A stretch of DNA of 64,000 nt from Pirellulales bacterium (GTDB lineage: Bacteria > Planctomycetota > Planctomycetia > Pirellulales > PALSA-1355). The stretch covers positions 1 through 64,000 of the forward strand of contig CAVTBU010000002.1 of assembly GCA_963733035.1 (NCBI GenBank), given 5' to 3'. Both the position numbers and the translations under genes were made by a program. Each line of letters begins with the position of its first letter. Position 1 is the stretch's first letter. The notes below the pieces were generated by a model. The model was not told the DNA's origin, did not search any database, and saw only the letters and a program-made list of their open reading frames with translations. This document shows positions 63,747 to 64,000 of the stretch, piece by piece.

Positions 63747-63915
63747 AGACCGAACGTCGGTTGGCCCAGCTTGAGCGGGCCGGGCGCGACACGGACGACT
63801 TCGATCCAACTGGTTGACGAAGTACTCAAAAAATGGTCTCTGTGGCCCATTCAGGCCGCATCAGGCCGCGCGTATCAGATGGACTACCGAGCACGGATCG
63901 ACGGACGACACGGTC

Positions 63916-64000
63916 ATGAAAAAGCTTCGTTGGGGGGTTTTGAGCACAGCCAAGATCGGCACGGAAAAAGTTATTCCGGCGATGCAGCGCGGAGAGCTGT
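63916..64000 (+). CDS. Gfo/Idh/MocA oxidoreductase, partial (runs off window)
   Basis: MKKLRWGVLSTAKIG..VIPAMQ. Confidence 0.75.
   Translation, partial: MKKLRWGVLSTAKIGTEKVIPAMQRGEL

Overview
GC-rich bacterial DNA, most likely a planctomycete (PEP-CTERM proteins, BlaI/M56 pairs, DUF1080, SgcJ-like and redoxin-cytochrome-monooxygenase proteins). The left ~15.3 kb looks like the decayed right arm of a genomic island. It holds an IS256, an IS3 nested in a broken DDE transposase, IS66/IS3 remnants, stress genes and phage/ICE-type hypotheticals. It ends at a 3' tRNA-Asp(GTC) fragment (att-like) with putative integrase arm sites. The rest is mostly ordinary core or accessory genes plus tRNA-Arg(TCT). 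The main candidate for an undescribed system is 20.3-25.1 kb: a BlaI repressor with a double dyad operator, then a BlaR1-like M56 protease that stops before its RR-helix, last TM and sensor. Those missing parts are encoded three times in tandem as separate genes with secretin-N-like domains. A 234-bp direct repeat duplicates the protease/module junction, and a fourth module start is interrupted. An unsplit BlaI/M56 pair at 34.1-36.9 kb serves as an internal comparison. Also notable are a PHM-like copper monooxygenase and a PAL-like Tat propeller about 4 kb apart. Several apparent small indels break ordinary genes and may be sequencing errors. All family calls come from motif recognition by eye, with no database search.
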